Shown here: piece after piece, positions 9,764 through 19,382 of the stretch
How positions within the stretch are numbered: the first letter of the stretch is position 1
How the letters are laid out: each line of letters starts with the position of its first letter
NCBI GenBank assembly: GCA_964453345.1
Contig: CAYVOC010000016.1
Span: 1-33,184 of the forward strand
Length of the DNA: 33,184 nt
DNA from: an uncultured Aquificales bacterium
GTDB taxonomy: Bacteria; Thermosulfidibacterota; Thermosulfidibacteria; Thermosulfidibacterales; Thermosulfidibacteraceae
Direction of reading: 5' to 3'
Program-made: the position numbers and the translations under genes
Notes under the pieces: generated by a model
Databases searched by the model: none
Told to the model about the DNA's origin: nothing
Seen by the model: only the letters and a program-made list of their open reading frames with translations

Positions 9764-11470
9764 ATGGAGGCGACACAGACGAGTCCCTATTTGCAGAGGC
9801 CCTGGCTTAAAAACTATCCCTCTCAGGTTCCTCCGAGTCTGGAGTATCCGGACAAACCTGTCTTCTGGCTGCTTGAGGCGGCCTATGAGAAGTATCCTGA
9901 TAGGGAGGCCATAGTCTTTTACGATAAAAAGATGACCTATGCTGAGTTTTACAAAAGCGCCTTGAGATTTGCCGGATCCCTCCAGAGGCTTGGCGTCAGG
10001 AAGGGCGATAGGGTGGCGTTGCTTCTGCCCAACTGTCCCGCCTATCCCATCTCCTACTACGCCATAGTGAAGATAGGAGCCATTGTGGCCCAGTTTAATC
10101 CCCTATACACCGAAAGGGAGCTTGAAAAGCTCATAGACGATTCGGGCGCAAGGATTGCCGTGACCCTTGATGTTTTAGCTTACAAGTTCAACGATCTCAT
10201 CGCCAAGGGAAAGCTGGACAGGCTTATAGTGGCCAAGCTCAGGCACTTTTTGCCCTTTCCTTTGAATATACTTGCTCCGCTTAAAACTTTAAGGGAACCC
10301 AAGCTTAAGGTTCCCTCTGGCTTTGAGGTGTATGACTTTACGAGGCTGGTCAGAGAGGGCAGTGAGCCTTCGGAAGTTGATATTGATCCGAAGCAGGATG
10401 TGGCCGTTTTCCAGTATACCGGCGGGACCACGGGCCTTGCCAAAGCCGCCATGCTCACCCATAGAAATGTTGTTTGCAACACCATACAGACTGCTTCCTG
10501 GGCCTATATGGCGGAAGAGGGCAAAGAGGTTGTGATGTGCGTTCTTCCCTTTTTCCACGTTTACGGCATGACCGTTGGGATGAATATTGGCATATATCTG
10601 GGAGCCAAGCTTATTCTTGAACCCAGATTTGATGTGAAAAGGGTGGTGAAGCTTATAGATCGCTACAAGGTTACCCTCTTTCCCGGTGTGCCGACCATAT
10701 ATGTTGCCATAAACAAGTATCTGTCAGAAAACCCCGGTAGGGTTGATCTTTCCTCGGTCAAGTTCTGTCTGAGCGGGGGAGCGCCCCTTCCCGTTGAGGT
10801 TGCCGAGGAGTTTGAGAGATTGACTGGCGGTAAGGTGAGGGAAGGGTATGGGCTTTCCGAGTCTTCGCCCGTTACCCATGCAAACCTTCCCGATGCCCCG
10901 CCCAAAAAGGGAAGCATAGGGATACCCGTATCCGATACCCTTGCAAAGATAGTGGATCCCAATACCGGTGAGGAGGTGCCCATCGGCGAGCCCGGAGAGC
11001 TTTGCGTGAAGGGGCCGCAGGTTATGAAGGGCTACTGGAACAGGCCCGAGGAGACAAAGGCGGCCCTTGACGAGGAGGGCTGGCTCCACACGGGGGACAT
11101 CGCCTACATGGACGAGGACGGCTACTTCTACATTGTTGACAGGAAAAAAGACATGATCATAGCGGGCGGCTACAACATATATCCCAGAGAGGTTGAGGAG
11201 GTTCTCTATCAGCATCCCAAGGTGCTTGAGTGTGCCGTGATAGGGGTTCCGGATGAATACAGGGGTGAAACGGTTAAGGCCTTCATCGTGCTCAAATCCG
11301 GAGAGACGGCAACGGAAGAGGAGATAATAGAGTTCTGCAAGAAGAATCTTGCCGCCTACAAGGTCCCCAAGCTGATAGAGTTCGTTGATGAGCTTCCCAA
11401 AAGCGCCGTAGGCAAGGTTTTGAGGAGGATTCTGAGGGAGAGGGAGGAGCTGAAGAGGTTGAACAGCTGA
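9764..11470 (+). CDS. fadD: Long-chain-fatty-acid--CoA ligase
   Basis: QYTGGTTG, LPFFHVYG, EGYGLSE, GWLHTGD, DRKKDMII, LPKSAVGKVLRR; SD AGGAGGG. Confidence 0.93.
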   Translation: MEATQTSPYLQRPWLKNYPSQVPPSLEYPDKPVFWLLEAAYEKYPDREAIVFYDKKMTYAEFYKSALRFAGSLQRLGVRKGDRVALLLPNCPAYPISYYAIVKIGAIVAQFNPLYTERELEKLIDDSGARIAVTLDVLAYKFNDLIAKGKLDRLIVAKLRHFLPFPLNILAPLKTLREPKLKVPSGFEVYDFTRLVREGSEPSEVDIDPKQDVAVFQYTGGTTGLAKAAMLTHRNVVCNTIQTASWAYMAEEGKEVVMCVLPFFHVYGMTVGMNIGIYLGAKLILEPRFDVKRVVKLIDRYKVTLFPGVPTIYVAINKYLSENPGRVDLSSVKFCLSGGAPLPVEVAEEFERLTGGKVREGYGLSESSPVTHANLPDAPPKKGSIGIPVSDTLAKIVDPNTGEEVPIGEPGELCVKGPQVMKGYWNRPEETKAALDEEGWLHTGDIAYMDEDGYFYIVDRKKDMIIAGGYNIYPREVEEVLYQHPKVLECAVIGVPDEYRGETVKAFIVLKSGETATEEEIIEFCKKNLAAYKVPKLIEFVDELPKSAVGKVLRRILREREELKRLNS

Positions 11471-11487
11471 TGGGAAGTTGGTAGCAT
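11459..11487 (+). promoter_or_regulatory. Putative promoter of the hybrid kinase
   Basis: TTGAAC (11459-11464), N14, TG-G, TAGCAT (11482-11487). Confidence 0.55.
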
Positions 11488-11526
11488 ATTATATAGCTGA
11501 GGTGTAGAAGTTGCCGGAGAGGGCTT

Positions 11527-13278
11527 TTGGATGGAAGGTTCCTCCATAGACTCGCCAGAATCCTCGATGAAAGTGATTATGTTCTGCTTTACGCCTTCAA
11601 GCACTATTATGAACCCTTCCTCTATGTGAACAGAGCCGTTGTTGAAAAAAGCGGATACAGCAGGCAGGAGCTGCTGACCAAGGTGACTCCCGGTCAGATG
11701 GTTCACCCGTCCGTTAGGGAGGAGGTTTACAACAATTTTTTGAAAAGGATTCGGGGTGAGGAGCTTCCCAGGGCCTATGAGATTCCGGTTGTGATCAGGG
11801 ATGGCGGGATTAAGTGGATATACGTCGGATACACCCTTGTCATGGATGCTGGGGATCCGGTCATAGTGGCCCTGGGCTTTGAGACCACCACGGAGCATGA
11901 GACAAAGAGACTGCTTGAGGCCATTTTCAGCACCCTGCCTTTGAGTTTGCTGGTTGTTGATGAGTCCGGTTCCATCCTTCTCAGCAACAGGGAGGAATAC
12001 ATAGGGAGAAGGTGCTTTGAGGTGGTGAAGGGGAAGGATTCTCCCTGTTCCCCCTGCATAGCGAGAAGGGCATATCGCACGGGATCTGTTGAGTATGCCA
12101 CCTTTAAAGTGGGGGACAGGTGGTTCAGGTCCAGTGCCGCCCCCATAGATGAGCTTGAGGATCTTTCAAGGGCCCTTATCTGTGTTGAGGATGTGACCGA
12201 AGAGAGGAAGGCGGCCGAAAGGGAAAAGGAGATGGAGAGGCTGAGGGCGGCTTCCCTTATGGCGAGGGGCATGGCCCACGATTTTAACAACCTTCTTGCG
12301 ACCATCATGGGTAACATCTCCATGGCCATGATGCACTGCAAATCCAAGGAAGCTGAGCGGCTGCTCAAATCGGCGGAGAAGGCCTGCTACACCGCAAGAA
12401 GGCTTCTGGAGTCTGTAAAATCTCTTTCCGGGGATATTGAACTTAAGCTGGAGAGGCTCGATCTGGAAAGGGTTGTGGAGGAGGCTCTGAGCACCGTCTT
12501 TATCCCGGAGGATATACGGGTGGTTAAGGATCTGGCCGGAGCCGATGGATACTGGATAGTGGCGGATAGGGATCAGATTATAAGGGTTCTGCAGAATCTT
12601 ATAACCAACGCTGTTGACGCCATGGACAGGGGAGGGGTGCTGACCATAAGGGCGAAGCCCTCCCCAGACGGAAGGATGATGGCTGTTTCCGTCAGCGATA
12701 CGGGCAGGGGGATTCCGGAGGAGATCCTTGATAAGATCTTCACCCCCTTCTTCTCCACCAAGATGGAGGGGAGGGGCTTGGGGCTGTTTATCGTCAAGAA
12801 GATAATAGAAAAGCACGGCGGTTCCATTTCGGTTTCGTCCGGGAAGGAGGGAACAACCTTCACCTTTACGGTTCCCGCATGCAGAAGGGAGTCCCGTGAT
12901 GAGGAAAGGGTCGGGGATGCTTCTCTTGCCGGAAAGTGCATCGTTGTGGTGGACGATAATCTTCAGTTTGCTAACATGATAAAGCTCTTTCTGGAGGGCA
13001 GGGGAGCTGTGGTCAGGCTCTTTCGCTCCGCCGATGCTGTGCTCGAGGAGCTGGAGAGGGAAAAAATTGTCCCCCATGCCTTCATTGTGGATGTGTGCCT
13101 ATCCTACGATGGCGAGGGGATTGATCTTGTGAGGAAGCTTGCTCCGAGGTTTCCGGATGCGAAGTTTCTCCTGATGAGCGGCTATCCTGAACGGCCGGAT
13201 CTCGATGTGAAATGCGTATTTTTAAAGAAGCCCTTTTCCCTCTACGAGCTTCTAAGGCACCTGAACGGCGACAAATAG
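11527..13278 (+). CDS. Cytoplasmic PAS-PAS hybrid sensor histidine kinase with C-terminal receiver domain
   Basis: H-box AHDFNNLL, N-box NLITNAVDAM, DTGRGI, PFFSTK, GRGLGL; receiver VVVDDN...VDV...MSG...KKP; no transmembrane segment; TTG start with SD GGAGAGG. Confidence 0.88.
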   Translation: MDGRFLHRLARILDESDYVLLYAFKHYYEPFLYVNRAVVEKSGYSRQELLTKVTPGQMVHPSVREEVYNNFLKRIRGEELPRAYEIPVVIRDGGIKWIYVGYTLVMDAGDPVIVALGFETTTEHETKRLLEAIFSTLPLSLLVVDESGSILLSNREEYIGRRCFEVVKGKDSPCSPCIARRAYRTGSVEYATFKVGDRWFRSSAAPIDELEDLSRALICVEDVTEERKAAEREKEMERLRAASLMARGMAHDFNNLLATIMGNISMAMMHCKSKEAERLLKSAEKACYTARRLLESVKSLSGDIELKLERLDLERVVEEALSTVFIPEDIRVVKDLAGADGYWIVADRDQIIRVLQNLITNAVDAMDRGGVLTIRAKPSPDGRMMAVSVSDTGRGIPEEILDKIFTPFFSTKMEGRGLGLFIVKKIIEKHGGSISVSSGKEGTTFTFTVPACRRESRDEERVGDASLAGKCIVVVDDNLQFANMIKLFLEGRGAVVRLFRSADAVLEELEREKIVPHAFIVDVCLSYDGEGIDLVRKLAPRFPDAKFLLMSGYPERPDLDVKCVFLKKPFSLYELLRHLNGDK

Positions 13279-14499
13279 CCTTTTACTCTTCCTCTGGATG
13301 CGAAGGAGGATAAAGTCTCCGGATTTCGCCCGGCTTAGCGCTCTGTCTATGTCGTTGCTGCTTTTTACGGGGATTCTGTTGATCTCCAGGATCCTGTCTT
13401 TGGGCTTCAGCATGGATTCTTCCGCGGGGCTTTTGGGGGACACCTCCTTTATGAAGAAGCCCTCTTGATCCTTCCCGAGGGTTATGCCGAGCTTTCTGAG
13501 TATCCTTAAGGTCTTGTTCGATAAATTCAGTTCCTTGAGCCTTCCCACCTTTACCTTCTTTTCGATTATCTTACCCTTTCTCCATACCTTCAGGGTTATG
13601 ACCGTTCCGGGCGGGGTTTCCGCCGTCCACATGGGAAGATCCAGGGTCTTTGTCACCCTTTTGTCGTTGAAGCCGATGATTATATCGCCCCTTTTTATAC
13701 CGGCTCTGTCTGCAGGTCCTCCCTTTATGACCTTCGTTATGAGAGCGCCCTTTACGGGTTTGTCCGTGTCTTTTGCCTCAAGCCCCAACCATCCCCTTGA
13801 TACTGTGCCCGTTGTTATTATCTGGTAAACCACGCTTTTTACCAGATTTATTGGTATGGCGAAGCCGATGCCCTGGGCCTTTCTGAAAACGGCTGTATTT
13901 ATCCCCACAACTTCTCCCTTGCCGTTGACAAGGGGGCCGCCGCTGTTCCCCGGATTTATGGAGGCATCTGTCTGTATGAACTGATCGTAAACCCTTTCGC
14001 CTATGATGCGGCCCTTGGCGGAGACTATGCCTGCTGTGGCCGTGTAGCTGAGGCCGAAGGGGTTGCCTATGGCGAGGACCCACTCGCCTATCTTTAGGCT
14101 GTCGGAGTCTCCGAGTTTGGCAGGGATAAGATTTTTCCCACCTTCCACCTTCAGAACCGCTATGTCCGTTCCCTTGTCGTATCCTATCATTTTTGCGGGA
14201 AGTTCCGTCCCGTCCTTGAGGATCACCTTCACCCTGTCCACATTGGCAACCAGATGGTAGTTGGTGATTATGTATCCCTTAGAGCTGTATATGACCCCTG
14301 AACCAAGGCTCCTTCTGGTTATTTTTTTGGGCATGTATCCGTATAGTTGTGAGAAGTATTCAAAGGCGTTGTTGGGGGAGAGCTTTATCTGCTTTTCGGT
14401 GTATATGTTCACCACCGATGGGGCCACCTGGTTGAATATTTTGGAAAAGTCGGGCAGACACCTGGCGAAGGAGGTGAGGGCGGTTAGAAGGGCAGCCAC
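13252..14499 (-). CDS. degP: DegP/HtrA-family serine protease with two PDZ domains
   Basis: SLGSG, TNYHLV (His), DIAVL (Asp), IQTDASINPGNSGG (Ser), RGWLG PDZ loop. Start uncertain: GTG 14499, 2 nt after the iorA stop, is preferred over ORF-track ATG 14628. Confidence 0.88.
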   Translation of the reverse strand: MAALLTALTSFARCLPDFSKIFNQVAPSVVNIYTEKQIKLSPNNAFEYFSQLYGYMPKKITRRSLGSGVIYSSKGYIITNYHLVANVDRVKVILKDGTELPAKMIGYDKGTDIAVLKVEGGKNLIPAKLGDSDSLKIGEWVLAIGNPFGLSYTATAGIVSAKGRIIGERVYDQFIQTDASINPGNSGGPLVNGKGEVVGINTAVFRKAQGIGFAIPINLVKSVVYQIITTGTVSRGWLGLEAKDTDKPVKGALITKVIKGGPADRAGIKRGDIIIGFNDKRVTKTLDLPMWTAETPPGTVITLKVWRKGKIIEKKVKVGRLKELNLSNKTLRILRKLGITLGKDQEGFFIKEVSPKSPAEESMLKPKDRILEINRIPVKSSNDIDRALSRAKSGDFILLRIQRKSKRLFVAVQVP

Positions 14500-14501
14500 T
14501 A

Positions 14502-16253
14502 TCAGTGGCAGATGGCGCCCTTTGGACAGACCTGTATGCAGACTCCGCAGCCCGTGCAGTATAGCTCGTTTATCCAAGCCTTGCCTCCCCTCTCCTCTAT
14601 GGCGGGGCACTCGAAGATTTTGTAGCATATGCCACAGTTGGTGCAGACATCCTCTTTAACCTTGGGAATTTTGGGGTCCTTTGGCCTTTCCCCGTATATC
14701 ACGCAGGGGCACCGGCATATGAGCACAGAGGGTTTTGCGTGTTCAAGGCTGTATTGCCACAGCTCTTTCAGTTTGCTGCATGCCTCTTCAAGGTTGTAGC
14801 CGTGAACCTGCTCAACCCTTTCTACGCCGCACCCTTCCACAAGCCTTTTGATATCGGTTTTGGGGACGGGTTGCCCTCCGGTCATGGCGGTCGTTCCGTT
14901 GTCGAGTATGGCCACCACCATGGGAACGCCTCTGTTTACCGCCTCTATGAGGGGAGGGATGCCTGCGTGGAAAAGGGTGGAGTCGCCTATGGTGCAGACA
15001 ACGGGCTTGGTCTCCTCCGATCTTTTTTGCAGCTCGGCTATGGCCATGGCCATGGAGATGGATGAACCCATGCAGACGAAGGTGTCCACCGCACCTATGT
15101 TGGTTCCCAAGGTGTAGCAGCCGATGTCCCCGGGAAAGATCCCCTTGGGGAAGGTCCTTCTCATGGCGTAGAAGATGGTTCTGTGTCCGCACCCCGGGCA
15201 GAGCCTTGGCTTTTTGTCTTCGCCCTTTACCTGCACATGGATTCTGCCGGCGGGATCTATGATCTCCTTAAGCTTCTGGAGGGTGATTTCGCCTTCTCTT
15301 GGTATGTGCCCCGATAGCCTTCCCTTCACCCTCCTTCTGTCCGGCATCTGCAGCTCTATAACCGGGTAGGTCTCTTCTATAACCCATATCTCCTGAAAGT
15401 TGTCGCATATCTTTTGCAGAAGCCTCTGGTCGAGGGGATAGGGCATGTCCACCTTGATGAGGTTCTCCACCCCCAGATCCTTCAGATACCCGTATAGCGC
15501 CCCCGAGGCTATGTATATGATTTTACCGTTTTTTACCTCGCCGAGCCTTTTTTCAAGGTCAGCAGAGTTCTCTCTGGATATCGCCGTTATCTTTTCGTTT
15601 AATTCCTGGTGGAGCTTGAACCTGAACTTGGGGGTTGCGGTCCACACCCCCGGTTTTTTCCGGAAATCCGGCTTGGGGAAGGGGGCCTTCTGGGGTAGCT
15701 CGAAGCGGACGCTCTGCCTTGAGTGGGAAACCCTTAGGACCGGTCTTAGCATCACCGGAATCTTGAACCTTCTCGAGAGGGAGAGGGCCTTTCCCATAAG
15801 ATTGCAGGCGTCCTGGGGGGTGGAGGGATCAAAAACCGGGATTTTGGCGGCCATGGCCATGAACCTGGAGTCCTGCTCGGTCTGGGAGCTGTAGGGCCCC
15901 GGATCGTCAACCGAGACGACGATGAAACCGGCCTCCGTTCCCGTATAGGCGGCGCTCATCAGGGGATCCATGGCCACGTTCAGCCCCACCTGCTTCATTG
16001 AGACCATTGCATCTATGCCGGACCAGCTGGCCATGAGGGCCGCCTCAAAGGCCACTTTCTCGTTGATCATCCAGCCTCCGGCCGCATCAACCCCCGCCTT
16101 CCGGGCGAGGGCGAAGAAGGCGGGAAGTATCTCGGAGGCCGGCGTTCCCGGATATGAGGCTGCGTATCTTACACCTGCCGATAGCGCCCCTGCGGCTATG
16201 GCCTCATTCCCGAGAAGGAACTCAGTTGTCTCTGAGGTATTTTTCCGGCACAT
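14502..16253 (-). CDS. iorA: Indolepyruvate/arylpyruvate:ferredoxin oxidoreductase alpha subunit
   Basis: [60 protein letters not shown] motif GDSTLFHAG...DN, two C-terminal CxxCxxC ferredoxin motifs. Confidence 0.92.
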   Translation of the reverse strand: MCRKNTSETTEFLLGNEAIAAGALSAGVRYAASYPGTPASEILPAFFALARKAGVDAAGGWMINEKVAFEAALMASWSGIDAMVSMKQVGLNVAMDPLMSAAYTGTEAGFIVVSVDDPGPYSSQTEQDSRFMAMAAKIPVFDPSTPQDACNLMGKALSLSRRFKIPVMLRPVLRVSHSRQSVRFELPQKAPFPKPDFRKKPGVWTATPKFRFKLHQELNEKITAISRENSADLEKRLGEVKNGKIIYIASGALYGYLKDLGVENLIKVDMPYPLDQRLLQKICDNFQEIWVIEETYPVIELQMPDRRRVKGRLSGHIPREGEITLQKLKEIIDPAGRIHVQVKGEDKKPRLCPGCGHRTIFYAMRRTFPKGIFPGDIGCYTLGTNIGAVDTFVCMGSSISMAMAIAELQKRSEETKPVVCTIGDSTLFHAGIPPLIEAVNRGVPMVVAILDNGTTAMTGGQPVPKTDIKRLVEGCGVERVEQVHGYNLEEACSKLKELWQYSLEHAKPSVLICRCPCVIYGERPKDPKIPKVKEDVCTNCGICYKIFECPAIEERGGKAWINELYCTGCGVCIQVCPKGAICH

Positions 16254-17559
16254 ACTTGGGGAGATCCCTCCTGTCTATAACCCTTTTGGCCTTGCCCGTG
16301 GTTCTCTCAAGGGTTCTGGGTTCAACAAGCTTTACCTTGACCTTCACTCCGAGGGCCTGCTGGAGGTGATCGGTGATCCTGTCGAGCAGCTCTTTCTGCT
16401 TCCTCATGGAGTCGAAGAATATCTGCTCTGAAGCTTCCACCCAGACCTCCATCTCGTCTAAGTATCCCCTTCTGTCCACCACTATCTGGAAGTGGGGGCT
16501 CACCCCCTCTATCTCCAGCAGTGCCTCCTCAACCTGGGAGGGGAAGATGTTTACCCCTCGGATTATCAGCATGTCGTCGGTTCTTCCGCTGGGCTTTGCC
16601 ATCTTTATGAAGGTTCTTCCGCAGGGGCACTCTTCATAGTAGAGCTTGGTTATGTCCCTGGTCCTGTATCTCAAAAGGGGCAAGCCTTCCTTTGTTAGGG
16701 TGGTTATCACAAGTTCTCCCCACTCTCCCTCCGGAAGCGGCTCCCCCGTTTCGGGGTTTATCACCTCTACGTAGAAGTGATCCTCAAAGATGTGCAGACC
16801 GCTTTTGGCCTCTATGCACTCTCCCGATACCCCCGGTCCCATGACTTCGGAAAGACCATAGTTGTCGGTGGCGTCAATGCCGAGCCTTCTTTCTATCTCC
16901 TGCCTCATGCTCTCCGTCCAGGGCTCCGCTCCAAAAAGCCCCACCCTGAGCTTCAGTTCCTCGGGACTCACCCCCATCTCCTCCATGACTTCAGCTATGT
17001 GGAGGGCATAGGAGGGGGTGCAAACAAGGGCCGTTGTGCCGTAGTCCTTCATGATCATTATCTGCCTTTTGGTCTGTCCCGAGGAGACGGGGATCACCGT
17101 CGCTCCGATCTTTTCAACGCCGTAGTGGAGTCCGAATCCGCCGGTGAAGAGTCCGTATCCAAAGGCTATCTGGACCACATCCTTCTTCCTGACCCCGCCT
17201 GCAGCCAGGACTCTTGCGGTGAGGCTGGCCCAGGTTTCGAGGTCCCTTTTGGTGTATCCCACAACTGTGGGCTTCCCGGTGGTTCCGGAGGAGGAGTGGA
17301 CCCTCACGATCTCTTCCATGTCAACGGCAAAGAGCCCGTAGGGGTAGTTTTCCCTGAAGTCGTCCTTGGTGGTGAAGGGTAGGTGTTTCACATCCTCAAG
17401 GCTCTTTATATCCTCAGGTTTTATCCCCACCTCGTCCATCTTCTTTCTGTAGGGCTTGACCCGCTCGTAAACCCTGCGCACCTGCTTTTTCAGCCTGTAA
17501 AGCTGAAGGACCTTGAGTTCGTCCCTGGGCATGCATTCAAGTTCAGGTTCAAATATCAT
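16222..17559 (-). CDS. paaK: Phenylacetate--CoA ligase family (PaaK-like), second paralog
   Basis: [56 protein letters not shown]. Confidence 0.92.
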   Translation of the reverse strand: MIFEPELECMPRDELKVLQLYRLKKQVRRVYERVKPYRKKMDEVGIKPEDIKSLEDVKHLPFTTKDDFRENYPYGLFAVDMEEIVRVHSSSGTTGKPTVVGYTKRDLETWASLTARVLAAGGVRKKDVVQIAFGYGLFTGGFGLHYGVEKIGATVIPVSSGQTKRQIMIMKDYGTTALVCTPSYALHIAEVMEEMGVSPEELKLRVGLFGAEPWTESMRQEIERRLGIDATDNYGLSEVMGPGVSGECIEAKSGLHIFEDHFYVEVINPETGEPLPEGEWGELVITTLTKEGLPLLRYRTRDITKLYYEECPCGRTFIKMAKPSGRTDDMLIIRGVNIFPSQVEEALLEIEGVSPHFQIVVDRRGYLDEMEVWVEASEQIFFDSMRKQKELLDRITDHLQQALGVKVKVKLVEPRTLERTTGKAKRVIDRRDLPKYVPEKYLRDN

Positions 17560-17574
17560 GGCTCATCCCCACCC

Positions 17575-18009
17575 TTAGAGGTTATAGACCTGTTCTCCGT
17601 CAAGTATGGTTATGTTGTTGGACTTGAGCACTTCTATAGCCTTGTCAATGTTTTCAAACTTGAAGATAAGAACCGCCTTGTTCCTGCTCTTCTCCACGAA
17701 GGCATACATGTATTCAACGTTTATCTCGTTTTCCGCAAGGGGGGTGAGTATCTTTGCCAGACCGCCGGGTTCGTCATCCACCTCAACCGCCAGAACTTCG
17801 GTGATGCCCACGGTGAATCCAGCCTTTTTGAGGACCTCCTTCGCCTTCTGCCTGTCGTTTACGATGAGCCTCAAAATGCCGAAGTCTGTGGTGTCGGCCA
17901 AGGATAGCGCCCTTATGTTTATGCCGTTTTCGCCAAGAATCCTTGCCACCTCTGCCAGCCTTCCTGCCTTGTTTTCAAGAAATACCGATATCTGCTCTAC
18001 CTTCATCAC
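17575..18009 (-). CDS. Tandem ACT-domain protein (amino-acid-binding regulator)
   Basis: [13 protein letters not shown]...[11 protein letters not shown] and [10 protein letters not shown]...[17 protein letters not shown]; start is GTG 18009 or ATG 18006. Confidence 0.9.
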   Translation of the reverse strand: MMKVEQISVFLENKAGRLAEVARILGENGINIRALSLADTTDFGILRLIVNDRQKAKEVLKKAGFTVGITEVLAVEVDDEPGGLAKILTPLAENEINVEYMYAFVEKSRNKAVLIFKFENIDKAIEVLKSNNITILDGEQVYNL

Positions 18010-19322
18010 TTACCTCCATTAAAAAGCTTTCTTCTGTCTATTACCCTTCTTGCCTTGCCCTCAAACCTCTGCAGGGTCTTGGGTTCAACAAGCTTCACCT
18101 TGGCAGATATTCCGATGGTCTCCTTTATGTTCTGCTCAATCTTCCTTGCGAGCTGCTGGAGCCTTTTCACCTCATCGGAAAAGATCTTCTCGTCCACCTC
18201 CACCTGAACCTCGAGGGTGTCGAGGTTCCCTTCCCTGTCAACGATGATCATGTAGTGGGGGAGTATCCCCTCGGTGCTCATGAGGATCTCCTCTATCTGG
18301 GAGGGGAAGACATTGACTCCTCTGATTATGAGCATGTCGTCGGTTCTGCCCTTCACCCTGTCCATCCTGACCAGGGTCCTTCCGCATATGCAGGGCTCCT
18401 TTATGAGCCTTGTTATGTCTCTTGTTCTATAGCGGATGACCGGGAAGGCCTCCTTGGTTATGGTGGTTATCACAAGCTCTCCGTATTCCCCGTAGGGCAG
18501 GGGTTCTCCGGTTTCGGGGTCTATTATCTCAGGTATGAAGTGGTCCTCAAATATGTGCAGTCCGCACTGGGCTTCCTCGCACTCTACTGATACCCCGGGG
18601 CCGATGATCTCCGACAGGCCGTATATGTCTATGGCCTTTATACCCCAGGTCTCCTCTATCTGCTTCCTCATCTCCTCGGTCCAGGGTTCGGCGCCGAATA
18701 TGCCCACTCTCAGGTTTGTATCCTTGGGGTTCACTCCCATCTCCTCTGCAACCTCGGCCAGGTGCAGGGCGTAGGAAGGTGTGCAGGTGAGCACCGTCGC
18801 CCCAAAGTCCTTCATGATCATTATCTGCCTTTTGGAGTGTCCTCCCGAAATGGGAATGACGGTCGCCCCCATCTTTTCGGCTCCGTAATGAACCCCGAGT
18901 CCTCCCGTAAACAGCCCGTATCCGTAGGCGTTCTGTATGATGTCCTCCTTCGTGACGCCTGCGGCAGCCAAGGATCTCGCCATAAGCTCCGACCAGGTCT
19001 CAATATCCCTTTTAGTGTATCCCACAACCGTGGGCTTTCCCGTGGTCCCGGAAGAGGCGTGAACCCTCACCACCTGTTTGAGGGGAACGGCGAACATTCC
19101 AAAGGGATAGTTTTCTCTTAGATCGTCCTTGGTGGTGAAGGGGAGTTTCTTCAGATCTTCGAGGCTCTTTATGTCCTCTGGTTTAATGCCCGCTTCGTCA
19201 AACTTCCTTTTGTAAAAGGGAACAGTCGCATAGACCCTTTCCAGGGTGTGCTGAAGCCTCTTTAGCTGTAGGGCTTCCAGCGCCTCTCTGGGCAGGGTTT
19301 CAAACTCCTCATTCCATATCAT
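18006..19322 (-). CDS. paaK: Phenylacetate--CoA ligase family (PaaK-like), first paralog
   Basis: [58 protein letters not shown]. Confidence 0.93.
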   Translation of the reverse strand: MIWNEEFETLPREALEALQLKRLQHTLERVYATVPFYKRKFDEAGIKPEDIKSLEDLKKLPFTTKDDLRENYPFGMFAVPLKQVVRVHASSGTTGKPTVVGYTKRDIETWSELMARSLAAAGVTKEDIIQNAYGYGLFTGGLGVHYGAEKMGATVIPISGGHSKRQIMIMKDFGATVLTCTPSYALHLAEVAEEMGVNPKDTNLRVGIFGAEPWTEEMRKQIEETWGIKAIDIYGLSEIIGPGVSVECEEAQCGLHIFEDHFIPEIIDPETGEPLPYGEYGELVITTITKEAFPVIRYRTRDITRLIKEPCICGRTLVRMDRVKGRTDDMLIIRGVNVFPSQIEEILMSTEGILPHYMIIVDREGNLDTLEVQVEVDEKIFSDEVKRLQQLARKIEQNIKETIGISAKVKLVEPKTLQRFEGKARRVIDRRKLFNGGK

Positions 19323-19342
19323 GTTTCAGCCTCCTGCATTTG

Positions 19343-19382
19343 ACTTTGAAGGCTAAATATCAAAGTGCTCCTTTAAGTTCAA
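19343..19382 (-). promoter_or_regulatory. Putative promoter and operator of the paaK-ACT-paaK-iorA unit
   Basis: TTGAAC (19382-19377), N14, TG-A, TATTTA (19359-19354); overlapped by the inverted repeat ACTTTGA-N10-TCAAAGT (19343-19366). Confidence 0.55.

Noticed and set aside
14500..14628. ATG 14628 as the degP start
   Set aside because: Would overlap the iorA ferredoxin domain by about 127 bp and adds a non-signal-like peptide; disfavoured but not excluded.
16222..19322. DNA repeats suggesting a mobile element or assembly duplication
   Set aside because: The matches are confined to conserved motifs of two diverged paaK paralogs; there are no terminal repeats or transposase.
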